Source: Octopus sinensis
Taxonomy: Eukaryota
Direction: 5' to 3'
Assembly (NCBI RefSeq): GCF_006345805.1
Contig: NC_043000.1
Coordinates: 58,032,001-58,096,000 of the forward strand
Length of the DNA: 64,000 bases
The position numbers and the translations under genes were made by a program. Shown here piece by piece: positions 1 through 15,123 of the stretch (the first letter of the stretch is position 1; each line of letters begins with the position of its first letter). The notes below the pieces were generated by a model that searched no databases, was not told the DNA's origin, and worked only from the letters and a program-made list of their open reading frames with translations.

Positions 1-237
1 ACTATGAAACCACTCAAATATGTTTCTATACCTGTAAATGAATAAGTCTATATGTAAAAATTTCATATATATGATTACTTGAAAGTATATTATGAATGGA
101 CATAAGTGTATTCTGTATAGCATATACATTAGTATTAATGAGAGATGGGCAATAAGAGTGCATAGATTTGCATTAGTTTATATTATGTGTAATTGTATAT
201 ATGTGTGTATTCACACACACACACACACACATATATA

Positions 238-1079
238 CAGTGTGCGATGAGTAAATTATCGCCATTTCATATCTTTAATTTCATGAATCCGCATTGCTTG
301 TTTTTGATTTTGTCAACTACTCAGTATAGTAGGGTCAGTTGGGCACCGTCTGTGACACAATTCACTCTTCCAGAGATTTGGAAATGACACATTGTACTGC
401 TTGGCATTCATGTAGCTCCAATATGAACATTTCAGAGTGTTTGGGTGTCAATCGGAGGACATGTACCAAGGGTGATAAAAATCAAACATTCCATCAACAT
501 CATGGTCTTTGGAGTGATCACTAGTGATGGTGATGCTATGCCTTTATTCATCTTCATACTCAACATAGAAGCCTACATCAAGTGCCTGGAGGAGGTAGTG
601 CTGCACTGGGTCAAGAGGGTGGCTGCTGGAAGACCCTGTATCTGGAAACAGGACTCTGTACCATACTACACAAGCAGGAGAACCAAGTCATGACTATCAG
701 ACAATTTCTGTAACCACATCACCCCTAACATCTGGCCACCTAACTCCTCAGGCAGCAACCCCCTTGATTATTATGTGTGGGGTGCAGTTGAGCGAGAGAC
801 CAACAAAACTCCTTGTAACACCAGAGATAACTGAAGGCAAGGATTATGGCAGCATTCACCATAATCCTTAACATGGAGACCATCCGGAAGAGTTGCAGGA
901 CATTCTGAAGCCGTCTGGAGGCCAGGGTTGAAGCGAATGGCAATTATATTGAATAAATATACTCTTTAGTATTTTAAGATATTTTTATGCAATTCTGATA
1001 AATATATCTGTTAAAATGAGATGTCAGTGTTATTTTCATTTTTGCATAATTTAGACAACAATATATTCACCACACCCTG
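238..1079 (+). mobile_element. Internally deleted Tc1/mariner DNA transposon, DD37D (maT/Bmmar1-like) type
   Basis: Translation 445-835: MVFGVITSDG...WKQDSVPYYTSRRTKS*LSDNFCNHITPNIWPPNSSGSNPLDYYVWGAVERETNKTPC, with 37 residues between the QD and NPLD aspartates. TA dinucleotides flank both ends. Degenerate TIRs cagtgtgcgatgagtaaatt / aatatattcaccacaccctg. Confidence 0.85.
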
Positions 1080-1109
1080 TATATATGGGCGCATATACAT
1101 ATATAAATA

Positions 1110-1640
1110 TATGTGAATAGATAAATGATAGAAAATGGACGACATTCTTTATTTAAAATCACTACAATTGTTTCAACACATTTTTACCTTTGTAAGCTCC
1201 TACTGTCATTTCACTCAGTATGAAAACGCATACCTAAATCAGTGTTTTACTGTTAGCGGTTTACAGACAAAACTAAACCCATAAATATAGTGACAAAGAA
1301 AATACAATTATAGTCAAAATACAAAATAGAAAAATAAAGAAATAGATATATAAGCAGGGTGGTAGGGCATGGTCAGATTATAAGGAAGAAAGTGCAAAAT
1401 GGAATGAAGAATAAAATGAAGTGTTTAGAGAAGATAAAGTGATGAAGAATGACCATTCCTGTACTTATCAACTGCTTCATTATTTCTTCGAAAGATCCAA
1501 ATTACCTTCTGTCTTTCACATAAAAAACAACTGGTTCCATTCTACATTCAAATCAGTCTCTATTGAAAGTTAACTTATGACCATCTAGCTTTTATATACT
1601 TTTTTTAATCAATCAGAAAAATAAGTAAGTAGGTATCTTC
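1110..1640 (-). mobile_element. Degenerate Penelope-like element remnant
   Basis: Minus strand has a GAAACAATTGTA hammerhead-like 3' half (1163-1174) and a decayed coding-like stretch (CERQKVIWIFRRNNEAVDKYRNGH). Confidence 0.4.
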
Positions 1641-1895
1641 ACCACCCCTGTATACTCACCTACAAGGTAATGTATACAGTGAATGAGAGTTGTACAGCAT
1701 ACTACAAGGTTTTTGCTTAAATTTTGTTTAACTAAGTATATGTGTATGATGGTATGCACCAATATGTACATATGTTTATGGATATATATATATCATTCAT
1801 GCACATTAACATTGCACATTCAACAAAGCATCGCTATTTCATTTCTCTTCACACAGTCTCTGCATTCGGTGCCCACATCTCACTACCATACAGTA

Positions 1896-1934
<39 letters not shown>

Positions 1935-2074
1935 CTGTATATAAGTGAAAAATTAATTTTAATTTCTTTTTAAAGTTATAGCTGTGCTCCAATATGACAC
2001 CAAATGAATGGCTGAAGCCAGTAATGGAATATACAGAAAGAAATAGTGTGTGTATATTACACACACACACACAC

Positions 2075-3945
<1,871 letters not shown>

Positions 3946-6668
3946 TATATTGTCAAGTAACAACAGACTGAGGAAATGTCTTAAATAATTTAAAAGTATT
4001 AAAATAAAAAATTACAATAATACCCAAATAAATAAGCTGTCAGTCATAGATTTGTCATGAACAAAAATTGTCAATCATATTAATAACTAGCTACTAATTT
4101 GACTATTAATGAATTCTTACAACCATGCAACTATTTAACAATTTACCTAAATGAAAAAACTCAAAACCATTAAAAGTGAAAGTTTATACTTACATCTATG
4201 TGTATGCATTTGTATTTATTTTGCTACATCAAAAACATATGTATCAAATATTATATCATAAAAATTGCTTGTTCACTCTGTTGTTGTGAGCCAGATATTA
4301 AAAAATTTGATCAAGCATGGAAATGCTGGATGATCTGCCTAACCTATGAGTTAAACTATAGAATTGCTAAAAAATATATATCAGGTTATCTTTATATCAA
4401 CATTTTCAAAGATTAAGCAATATAACTGATAATTTTTATAACATAAATCTCTCAGGTTTACAAATAAAAGTATGTTCAAATTCTGTCTTACATGATATGC
4501 TGTATGCTTGTGTGTTTGTGCATGCGTGCTTATGTAAACTTATTGCATGTGTGTGTCATAATTCAAAAGCTTTTCAATGTTATGTTTGTAAAATTGAAAT
4601 TTTTCCATGGTAAAATAAGCACCAGTTTGATGCTAAATCTTTTAGAGAAGCATAGTTATTATCATTGTCAGTAGATTTGCTGAACGGACAAAAGATTCAC
4701 GTTTTTGTGAATAAAATATAAAATATAGTTAATTGTCCAAAGGAAGAAAATTAGAAGAATATACATGATGCTATGCTAATGTTTCGTAAGTAATAATTAC
4801 AAAAATCCACAGAACATAGTGCTATAGTAAGAAGTAAAATCTAACATCTTTTAGTGCTCTATTCAATCAATCAAGTTGTTGACAGTAAATCTTAGGATTG
4901 GTTATATGTTTGATTTGTAATCCAGATTTGAAATCTCACTGGATTCAATTTAGCTTTCATCCCTCCAGATTCAATAAATCATCGCAAGTGATATAGTACA
5001 ATCAGCTGAACTATTTTTCCAGCAAAATTCATCCTCAGTGAATTGAGATCAATATTTTAAAATGTATTATCCTGATATTATCACATTAAACAGTAAACAA
5101 AACATTAATTATACAAACCCTCAGTTAGTATTCAACATTCTGGTTCAGTGTTTCTATAATGATATAAAAACCAGCAAGTAGTTACCAACCTGGTACACAC
5201 CCATCTACTATCACTAAAGCACTAAAAAAAAAGGTTAAAAGTTAAAAAGAAAAGAAGCTTAAATACCACACAAGTGAATAGCAGTGCAAATGTTTATATA
5301 AGTCTTCTCTCAATTAACAAGAAACAATTCATGAAGCAGCCACTTTCCTTTTGTAAATAGTAAGGCATTCTGAAAGTTGAGGAATTTTGTTAATGGGTCA
5401 AAGTTGCGAAAACAAAACAAAAACATTTGAATGCCATGTTTGAATATATCATTATTCTAAACAGAATATCAATATATTTAGTCATCTCAAGACTAGAGAA
5501 CAAAAGACTAGATGTATGATGGCCAATGAAAAAACCTGTTGTTATTACTATATTATGCAACAACAAAGTATTACCTATGTCTGTTGATATAAGCTACTGA
5601 ACTGGTGTTCTCTCTATCTTGGGTTATAAAACTGAGAAAATCCTTTCAATATAAAACTTGAAATATTTTAAGTGGTTTACACTCTCTTAAAACAAATTAG
5701 GCACTCCATTGTGCTTTCAATAATTACTTTTCAAGCAGTTTTAGATCCAAAACCTACAAATGCAGAACTTGAATATAGAGAAATAACATTGAGGATTCAA
5801 ATATCAGATCCTGCTTTAATCAAAATTTAAAAACAAATGTCCAAAATTTTCTCCAGATTTGCAGTAACACATTCATGATTTACAATACTCAAATCAAGAA
5901 TATACTAGAAACTAAACTGAAGTTTATATAAATAGATTTGATTTAAAACAATAAATCCCAGACATATATAACTGAACCAAATTATCAGTTTCAAGACGGT
6001 AAGCAAGAAGCCTTGAATTTAGAATTATAATTCCTGGAGTTTGAGTATCAGATATTGGTAATTAAATACCTAAATGCACATATATCAGTAGCCTAGAGAC
6101 TAAACAGCATTATTACTCTTACTTTGAAATTAAGGTACCGGATTCAGATTCAATCTGGTACAATGTGTATGTTCAAGAATATAATACCTGATGATGATTG
6201 AAAATAGACTAGTGGAGATGTAAATATTAAAAAAAAATTACCTCTAAAGTTAAGGTTAATAGTCTAAAAATTATAATCTTATAAACAGATAATGTATCTC
6301 CACATCTCAAATGTTCAATGTCAGAACCAAAACTTTTAGTAACACATCCTAAATTTAAAATACAGTGGCTTACACAATGAGGTAGCAGCACCTAAACAAA
6401 GGTGTCTCAAGACAGTCACTTGACCTCCTAGAAATAGTAACAAAGTCAAGTTCAAACCAAATTCTACTATCTTATCAAAGAAAAGATTCATTGGACACAC
6501 ATGGTTTTAAATATACAATTAATAGTTGAAAATGTTAATAGCTGGAATACTTTGATCACAAAATCTGCTCAATAGGAGCTGATTTGGGGCTAAACAACTA
6601 CTACTAGAATAAGTGATCTAGAAAATACAGAAATGGACTCAGAATACAGTGTGAAATTAACAGTGAAC

Positions 6669-7205
6669 CTTGAAGCAATCCAGAGAAGATTCACAAAGAA
6701 GACCATCTCTTTGCAACAGCTCAGCTACTGGGAAAGGCTGAAACAGCTAAGACTCTACACCCTGGAGAGAAGACGGGAGAGGTATGCAGTAATATATGTC
6801 TGGTAGATCCTGGAAGGAATTGTGCCAAATTTTGGCATTGAAAGCTACACCAATGCTAGAACAGGACGACACTGCTTAGTGCCAAAGATCCCATCAATGC
6901 CATCGCACTTCAGGACCAGTTACTGGAACAGTCTAGGTTTCAGGGGCCCAGTTTTTTAATATTCTCCCAAAGAGCCTGAGGAACCTGTACAAAGTAGATG
7001 TAGGTGTTTTTAAATCAAAGCTGGACCTCTTCATGTTGAGTGTCCCAGATGAACCTACTTCACGGCAAGAGGTGCAAATGAGGGTAGCTACATCAAACTC
7101 CATTCTTCACCAAGTGCCACATATTAGAGGAGGCTCTCAGTAATAACAGTGTAGAAAAATGGTGGTGCATCAGCATGGCCACAGCTCTGAGCTGAAACTA
7201 GAGAG
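6669..7205 (+). mobile_element. CR1/L2-group LINE 3' end (RT C-terminus plus tail), decayed
   Basis: LEAIQRRFTK...LSYWERLKQLRLYTLERRRERYAVIYVW*ILEG...LPKSLRNL...FKSKLDLF: the CR1/L2 C-terminal YxERLxxLxLxxLExRR motif, with stops and a frameshift. Confidence 0.85.
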
Positions 7206-7767
7206 AAAAAAAAATAGGACTACATTCTTCCTTTTTCTAAAATAAAAGAAAGCTGAAGGAGATTTAGTTTGCATTTCAAGCAGGTTGAGTGGCTTATTGG
7301 TGCACATGTACTCTATTCTTATATCATTATACCTATATTTTTTATTATCTTTAATGAGTATTGAAAGAAAAATAAATCTATCAGTGTAATCTTCCATAGT
7401 GGTACTATACTTTTGCATACCAACACTCGATTAAAGAACACAATAAAAATATGACAATCTAAGAACACAGTATACATTCCACATATGATTTCCCATGTAA
7501 CTGTGTGCTTAGATGAGACAGGATGACCACTCCTGATCGCTTTGAAAGAACACAAGGGACCTACCATTTGCAGAGAAGTCGAAAAGCCTGCAATGGCATA
7601 ACAAACCAAAATGTCAATGTCATTAACAACAGACAAATTACAAACGGGATTAAATTCAATGTGCATCCATGACCCCATTCCATAAATAGATATAGATGAT
7701 CCAACATTAACCAAAAAACTGTTTGATGGTAAAAGGAAAGTTTTGTGTAAAAATATGGTCAGTATTT

Positions 7768-8165
7768 TTTTTTACTTGTTTCTGTCACTGAACTGCAGCC
7801 ATGCTGGGGCATCATCTTGAAGGGTTTTAGTTGAATAAATCAATCCTGATAATTTCTTTTCTGTTACTTATTCTATCAGTCTCTCTTGTCATACTGCTAA
7901 GTTATGGAGACATAAACAAACGAACACTGGTTATCAAGCAGAGGTGGGGGAACAAGCAAAAAAATATACACACATATAAAATATAGATGTGATAGGCTTC
8001 CACACAGTTTTCACAGTTTTCATCAACAAAATTCACTAACAAGGCATTGGTTGGCATGGGGCTATAATAGAAGACACTTGCCCAAGGTGTAATGCAGTGA
8101 AACTGTAATTAAAATCATGTGATTACAAAAAGAGCTTGTTAACCACACAACTATGCCTGTGCCTA
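7768..8165 (-). mobile_element. SINE family A, degenerate copy
   Basis: Homologous along its length to the better copies at 31716-32126 and 51283-51675. Confidence 0.8.
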
Positions 8166-8784
8166 AATATGAATATAATTTTCCTTATACCTATTATCGC
8201 CATAGCTATTTAAAAGAGTGAATATAATTCTACTGCATTTTGTTTAAAAACTGAATACAAAGATATTTAGAATGAAACTACAGATTACCAAGGAAATATC
8301 TTGTTGTAAGAATTAGTTTATTTCTAAACTTTTAAAGTGTTTGTATTCAGGGGTAGGAAGTGCCCATGATCCATTAGAGGGCCTCTGAGACTGGTGAGAG
8401 GGAAGAAGGAAGGGAGATATCCTCAAACTAGAAATCTAGCCCCAAACCTTGCAACTGAAGGTACCCCAAGTGCCAGGTGATTATATTAAAGCAGGTGACA
8501 GATAAAGTCTACCATGCAAAAGTATCCAAATATTCTTAACATTCAAATAACTTGTTCAAAGAAACCAAAATCTCATACAAAAAAATATAGCAATTTATTG
8601 AGGTTTTGCTTAAACATCACTGAGAAAATATTTGCACTTCCGAGCTTCAATAGTTTATGTGATATAAGAAAGAATTCAAGAAAATATAAAGCAAAGTCAT
8701 GACATAAATAAGAGATACTTGATGAAAGTGAGATGCAAGAATAAGAACTGTAAGAGTTTCATTTGTTGTGGCTCTTAGGCTGTA

Positions 8785-9320
8785 ATGTATGGTTGTGTGG
8801 TTAATAAGTTTGCTTCCTAAACATGTGGTTTTGAATTCAGTCTCACTGAGTATCACAGGTGTCTTCTATTATAGTCCTGGGCTTACCAAAGCCTTGTGAA
8901 TGGACTTAATAGATAGAAACTGAAAAAACCCCATCATCATCATTTAACACCCATGTTTCATGTTGGCATGGTTGGATGGTTTGGCAGAATCTGATAGTCC
9001 TGAAGACGACATCATGCTCATGTCTGCTTTGGCATAGTTCGTACAGCTGGATGCCCTTCAATGTGTACTGTGTGCATTTCGGGGGCTGTAGTACAAATGA
9101 GGTCAACATACAGTGTGCAAGACTAAGATCCCCTTTAACTGAATGGAGATACAGTAGAGAGGGGGGTGGCTTTATGCTAGAAGATGATGGGTTAAAGCAT
9201 GAGAGAAGGGGCCAAAACAGGTTTCTGACTGTAGAAGAGTTAGATGGCTACACACATTATAGAAGAGAGGGTGATATCACCTGTTTTGTTCAGACCCCTT
9301 TTCTCACAATCATGTGAGTG
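8785..9320. mobile_element. SINE A head (+, 8785-8932) abutting an RTE 3' tail/UTR fragment (-, 8933-9320)
   Basis: tRNA-like head ...gttgtgtggttaataag...gaattcagtctcac, followed by (CAT)n and the reverse-complement RTE tail. Confidence 0.7.
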
Positions 9321-9334
9321 TGTAAATACAATCA

Positions 9335-10720
9335 TTATGATTTAACATCTACCTTCCATGCTGGTATTGCTTGAATGATTTGACAGGATCCAATGAGCAA
9401 GCTCCAAAAGTTTCTATGGCTGGATGCCTTTCCTAAAGCCAACCATTGTACAGAGTGCACTGGGTGCTTTATTTGTGACACCAGCATTAGAAAGGTTAAA
9501 CTGGCAAGACAAAGAAAACATCCTCATTGAGTACAATTGTGGTAGATGAGAAAAGGGCTTTATGCCAGGTTTTGAGATGCTTAAATATGACAGAGAGACA
9601 GGCACTGGTGTCTTCTTATAAGAAGTGATACATGGACACTCTGCATACTGGGTAGAAGTAACTGGAAAGAAGATAAAGATGTAGGTAATAAGGTGCCAGA
9701 GCATACTTTCAAGGTACAAGAAAGTGAGTATAAGAGATGGATGGATAGGTTCATAAGAGTGTAAGAAGAGAGTGACTGTTGGTTAGCGATGGAAACAAAA
9801 GTTAATGTAGTGAATGATATACAAAAATGAAGATGTGGCTGATAGTAAATATCAGTATGAGAGAGGAAGGTAAAAGAAATAGCTTGGAAAGGAGAAGGTG
9901 ATATGTGACAGTACAGGAAAGATGGAGGCTGACAATAAGATAGACTTGTAGATAGATCAGAAAATAGGGAGATGACATGTGAAATGGGAGAGTGGGAGGA
10001 GAGAGATGTACAGGGACACAAAGAAGAGAAGGCGGTCAAAGGTTTGTAGTGGTGGCTGTAGTGAGAGACAGAAGTGGTGGAGGACTGTCAATGGCAGGTA
10101 TGAAGTATGGCAGTCCTAAGGTGTAGTTCAGAGGAGAGGGAGAGGTAACTGGAGGTACAGAAAGGAGTGATCAGTGGAAAATAAAGTAGGCAGGGATGAT
10201 ATTGAGAATGAGGGATGGGTGTTAAAAGAAGTGGTTCAAGGGAGAGGGGGAGGTAATAAGTAGCGCAATGGAATATGAAAGATGCATGGATTCTGCTCTG
10301 AAATGAATACAGATTGTCATTGTTAGAAATGCATTGGAATGATTGGTGTTAGGAAGATGAGAAGTGGGGGGAATCAGACAGAGATAGATTGGTTGCAAGG
10401 GCAGGCCCAGTGAGTATGTAGAAATGAGCATAATACTTTCAAGACCTCATGTTGAACATGATGCATGAGTCTTCTTGAGCACAGTAAAATACCAATCGTC
10501 TCAGACTTCTGCCATCTCTGTGAGGCTCAGCATCTTGAAATCAGTTTTCACTACTTTGTCCCAGATGTTTTCCTGAGTCTCCCACTTCCACAAGTTCCAT
10601 CCACTTTAAATGACTGGAACTTCTTTATACAGCTGTTATCATCCATACACATCACATGATCAAACCAACACAGCCTTCTACATCTGAGTGATTCCTATTA
10701 TGCCTCAATTAACTCTGTCT
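9335..10720 (-). mobile_element. Old 5'-truncated RTE element: ORF end, ~1 kb pyrimidine-rich 3'UTR, tail
   Basis: 10460-10700 minus reads RRLCWFDHVMCMDDNSCIKKFQSFKVDGTCGSGR (same region as 41806-42000). RTE tail at 9335-9500. The intervening strand-skewed sequence is interpreted as 3'UTR. Confidence 0.65.
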
Positions 10721-10860
10721 GATGCATGCAAGTAAGGAAAAAAAGACATTAAACCATGATAATGATACATAGAGATACACAGAGAAAGAAATACAGATAG
10801 CTATACATAAACACATATGTAAACGTAAGTATAGTTATGCACATATATTACACACACAAT

Positions 10861-11075
10861 GGCGGCGAGCTGGCAGAAACGTTAGCACGACGGGCGAAAT
10901 GTGTAGCCGTATTTCGTCTGCCATTTCGTTCTGGGTTCAAATTCCGCCTTTCATCCTTTCGAGGTCGATAAATTAAGTACCAGTTACGCACTGGGGTCAA
11001 TGTAATCGACTTAATCCCTTTGTCTGTCCTTGTTTGTCCCCTCTGTGTTTGGCCCCTTGTGGGTAGTAAAGAAAT
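10861..11075 (+). mobile_element. SINE family B, young copy with 16-bp target-site duplication
   Basis: ggcggcgagctggcagaaacgttagc...gggttcaaattcc (B-box-like). CpG-rich. atatattacacacaca at 10843-10858 and 11076-11091. Confidence 0.9.
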
Positions 11076-11711
11076 ATATATTACACACACACACACACGT
11101 ATACATATGTATATTATAGTTCATCCAACAAATATGATGAAAACCAAACTAATGTAAATAATAATTGCATGAGAGAAATAAATGAAGATGCAAACAAAAA
11201 AGATGTTCTAAAATTATGTTCATATCCTGCCTCAAAAATCAGGCGACTCCCTTTGATCCTCCCGTACCACCTTGCTCTTCTATTGTCTTTTCTGCTAGTA
11301 TGTATCCTCTTGCTCTCTTTCTACCCTTGGGTTCGCTCAACAAGAATTTGATTTATCCTACCACCTTCTTCATACACTTTGCACACTTTCCGTATCTTCC
11401 AATATACCAAACAGCTGTAGAACTGAAACTTTATCTTCATCGCCTGCAACACACGCCTTAACCTGTTTGATTTCCCTCAATTTATCTACCTACTATGTGT
11501 CCACTCTAGGGACAATTTGCTATGAATGTTAGAATTTATGTAATTTCTACTATTCCCTGCTGAATTATGCATTCCATTTGGACAAGATTTACTATTATCA
11601 ATATTATTATTATTTTTTATCATTTTGGTATTTTCTGTTATCATCATTATGGGTAGTTATTATTATCTTATTATTATTATTATATTATTATTATTATTAT
11701 GATTATTATTA

Positions 11712-13165
11712 GGGTGGTGAGCTGGCAGAATTGTTAGTAAAATGCTTAGCTGCACTTTGTCTGTCTTTACATTCTGAGTTCAAATACTGCTGAGGTCAAC
11801 TTTGCCTTTCACCCTTTCGGGGTGGATAAAAATAAGCACCAGTCAAGTACTAGGGTTGATGTAGTCAACTAACCCCTCCCATAAATTTGAGGCCCTGTGC
11901 TTGTAGTAGAAAGGATTATTATCATTATTATTATTATTTAGGTGGCAAGCTGGCAGAATCATTAGCACACAGGATGAAATGCTTAGTGGTATTTTGCCTG
12001 TTGCTACGTTCTGAGTTCAAATTCTGCTGAGATTGACTTTGCCTTTCATCCTTTCGGGGGCTGATGCAATCCACTAGTCTCCTCTCCACAAATATGAGGC
12101 CTTGTGCTTCCAGTAGAAAGGATTATTAAAGTGTTGAGCTGGCAGAATCGTTAACACACTGGGCAAAATGTTTAGTGGTATTTCATCTGTCTTTATGTTC
12201 TGGGTTCAAATTCTGCCAAGATCGACTTTGCTTTTCATCCTTTTGGGGTTGATAAATTAAGTACCAGTCAAGTGCTGAGGTCAATGTAATCGACTTATCC
12301 CCTCCCCCAGAACGGCTCAAGGCAAAATTTGAAACCATTATTATTATTATTATTATTTATGGGTTTTTCTTCTTCTTTCAAATTTGCTTCCATTTCTTGC
12401 CGAGTGTCTTCCTGACTCCTAGGGCAAAGAAACTCATAGTATACATTGGTAGGCCATTAAACTAAACTCACTAGTTCGCTTTTTTTTTTTTTTTTTGATA
12501 GAAATAAAGTTAAATTAATATACATGGGTAGTAATAGTTCTCACATCGACAATGCTCTTCTCAATACATGTGATGTACCAGTTAAGACAATCTTTTGCAC
12601 TTCTTGCAGGGATGGTAAGCCAGGGATCATTCTCATATAATTTTCGTTTCCCTTCTTGATCATTCCTCATGCTCCTACGATCACTGGTATTGTAACCGTA
12701 TTATTATTATTATCATTATTATTATTTTCATTATTATTATTAATATGAAGGTGGCAAGTTGCCAGAACCATTAGCATGCTGGACATAATGCATAGCAGCA
12801 TTTAGTCAGCTTTTATATTCTGAATTCAAAATGCCACCAAGGTTGACTTTGCTTTACATCCTTTTAGGAGTTAATAGAATAAGTACCAGTAGAACATTGG
12901 GATCAATATAATCGATTATCTCCCTACAACCAAATTTTAGGCTTTGTGCCTATAATAGAAAGGATTATGATTATTAAGGCAGCAAACTGGCAGAGTTGTG
13001 GTGCATCGGACAAGTGTCTTTTTCTGGTTATTTCCAATATCACCAATGTCAACTTTGCCTTCATCCTCTCAGGATAAATGAAATGAGTAGTAGTCAACTA
13101 CTGGGATTAAAGTAATTGACTGATTCCTGCCCTAAAAGTTGCTGGCCTTGTGCCAAAGACTGCAA
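11712..13165 (+). mobile_element. Head-to-tail array of ~5 older SINE B copies separated by (ATT)n
   Basis: Repeated ggtggcaagctggcagaatc...ctgagttcaaattctgc...gcctttcatcctttcgggg...gtagaaaggattatt units starting near 11712, 11940, 12130, 12748, 12975. Confidence 0.88.
12358..12699 (-). mobile_element. 5'-truncated R4/Dong-clade non-LTR retrotransposon (C-terminus plus 3'UTR)
   Basis: Minus translation TVTIPVIVGA*GMIKKGNENYMRMIPGLPSLQEVQKIVLTGTSHVLRRALSM* resembles the R4/Dong C-terminus (VxPVxxGALG...LQKxxLxGTxxILR). Flanked on both sides by (TAA)n. Confidence 0.75.
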
Positions 13166-13194
13166 CCTTTATTATTGAGATTTTCATAACTATG

Positions 13195-13527
13195 GTGCAG
13201 GAGTGGCTGTGTGGTAAGTAGCTTGTTTACCAACCACATGGTTCCGGGTTCAGTCCCACTGCGTGGCACCTTGGCCAAGTGTCTTCTACTATAGCCTCAG
13301 GCCGACCAAAGCCTTGTGTCTGGCACCAGTGCGGGTGGCACGTAAAAAGCACCCACTACACTCACGGAGTGGTTGGCGTTAGGAAGGGCATCCAGCCGTA
13401 GAAACACTGCCAGATTTGACTGGGCCTGATGAAGCCTTCTGGCTTCACAGACCCCAGTAGAACCGTCCAACCCATGCTAGCATGGAAAACGGACGCTAAA
13501 CGATGATGATGATGATGATGATGATGC
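13195..13527 (+). mobile_element. Chimera: SINE A tRNA/CORE-like head joined to an RTE 3' tail
   Basis: 13195-13318 matches the SINE A head. From ...ccttgtg|tctggcaccagtgc it matches the RTE tail ending in (GAT)n. Confidence 0.85.
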
Positions 13528-13539
13528 ATGTATATAAGA

Positions 13540-14000
13540 AATTAAAAAAGGAAAATACGCACACTTTACATAGTTTTAATATAATTTTTAATATATCGAC
13601 CGGTTTCGCTATCGGTATTCATGATATTATGTTTTGCTTATTTGAATATGTATTTTCTTAAGAAGAAATTTTGTCCATGTTGTGTGTGATGATATTTACG
13701 AGTGAATTACTTCACAAGTAGAAAAATAAGGGGAAGTAATTGGCTATTGTTATTATTGTTATTGTTGTGGGTAAGGGAGATAACTGTTCAGCTTTCGGTA
13801 ATGGGAGGGGAATATATATGTACAGACAAAAACAGGTTTCAAAAAACTTGTTTAGTGAGGGGATTTATATGATGTAATCGTGAATTGAAATATGTGAAAA
13901 GATAAAAATTGGTTATGTGTACATATTAAGACGTGTTCTTTATTTTTCAATGAAAAATGTTTCTTTATTTAAACGTTCTTGTGGAGAGATTGTGCTACCC
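13540..14000 (-). mobile_element. Penelope-like element remnant
   Basis: Minus GCGAAACCGGTCGATAT hammerhead-like 3' half (13591-13628) in AT-rich pLTR-like context. Confidence 0.5.
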
Positions 14001-14869
14001 TTGTTTTCTTTGTATTGTCTATCTGGATGTTATTTCGTCCCTTTTTTGTATCAGCTGTCTGAATGTCTTGTGTTCTTGTCCAATTTTGTATTTTTTACAT
14101 ATAAAAACATAGAGCGGTGGACGTACACTTTGGTCTCATATGTACGTATATATATTTATCTAAAGCTCGTACAACTGTATTCTTTCTATTCTTTCATTCT
14201 CTCCTTCTTTCTATCAGCTCATTCACACTTCGTTCATGTTCCCTCTCTCTCACATTTCCTGGCCTACTCTTTATGCGCAGTTCCCCTTCTCTTTTCACTT
14301 CACTCTGTCCCTGTCATTTTTCTCACCCCTCATTATTTCTTCTATCCTTCTGCTTCTACCTCTCTTCTCTCCCCACCTGACTATGGTTCAGCCAAGCCTG
14401 ACCATTCTTTCTTGGTTCGTCTACCATCCGTGCCACATCTATATTCCTTCCCATGACTGTGAAACCTAGTGTCCCTATCATAAGGCTTTACTTCCACACA
14501 TACCACTAAATTTAGTTCGTCCTTAGTCGAAAGACACCCATTGTTATGTCCTGTTATTTGTATTTGTGTAGCATTCTCCATTGATTTTCCGTCCTTCATT
14601 TTGTATACATTCGAGGCTTTCTTCCAAGGAACCTAATGCTCTTAGCTAGTTTTCCCTTGGGGCTGGCTACATTGGAGCACTCTTGAGTATAACCAGCCAA
14701 AATTGCAAAGATAATCTGGAACTTGACTGAGGATAGAACACTCTGAATGACCCGTCCTTGTTTTCTTTGTATTTTTTTATATATAACAATATATATATAT
14801 ATATATATAATATTCAATGTTTATATATAACAATATATATATATAAATTCAAACGATGAATAGCTTAGC

Positions 14870-15091
14870 GTAAACCATGTTCTCTTACTTTATTATCATC
14901 TTATAATCATCTCATAATAATAACTTTTATGACTCGTATTACTACCTCAGTCAATCTAAATGTATATATTTGTCTTTACCTGTCATAAATAGCCTTTTTT
15001 TATTTGCAATGTGTATTTTTGTTGATTTTTCAAATTTTACCCTTACATTTCCACGTGTATTTTATATTTTCTTTTCGTAACATATTTCTAC

Positions 15092-15123
<32 letters not shown>

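Noticed and set aside
7319-7714. 131-aa minus-strand ORF
   Set aside because: No motif and no clear splice boundaries. It lies between TE fragments.
11712-13165. Idea that the Dong-like element mobilises SINE B
   Set aside because: Polarity is opposite: the SINE sense tail is (ATT)n while the Dong sense flank is (AAT)n, and no shared 3' sequence was seen.
13195-13270. tRNA genes at SINE heads
   Set aside because: A/B boxes are present but there is no full cloverleaf, and each runs into a SINE body.
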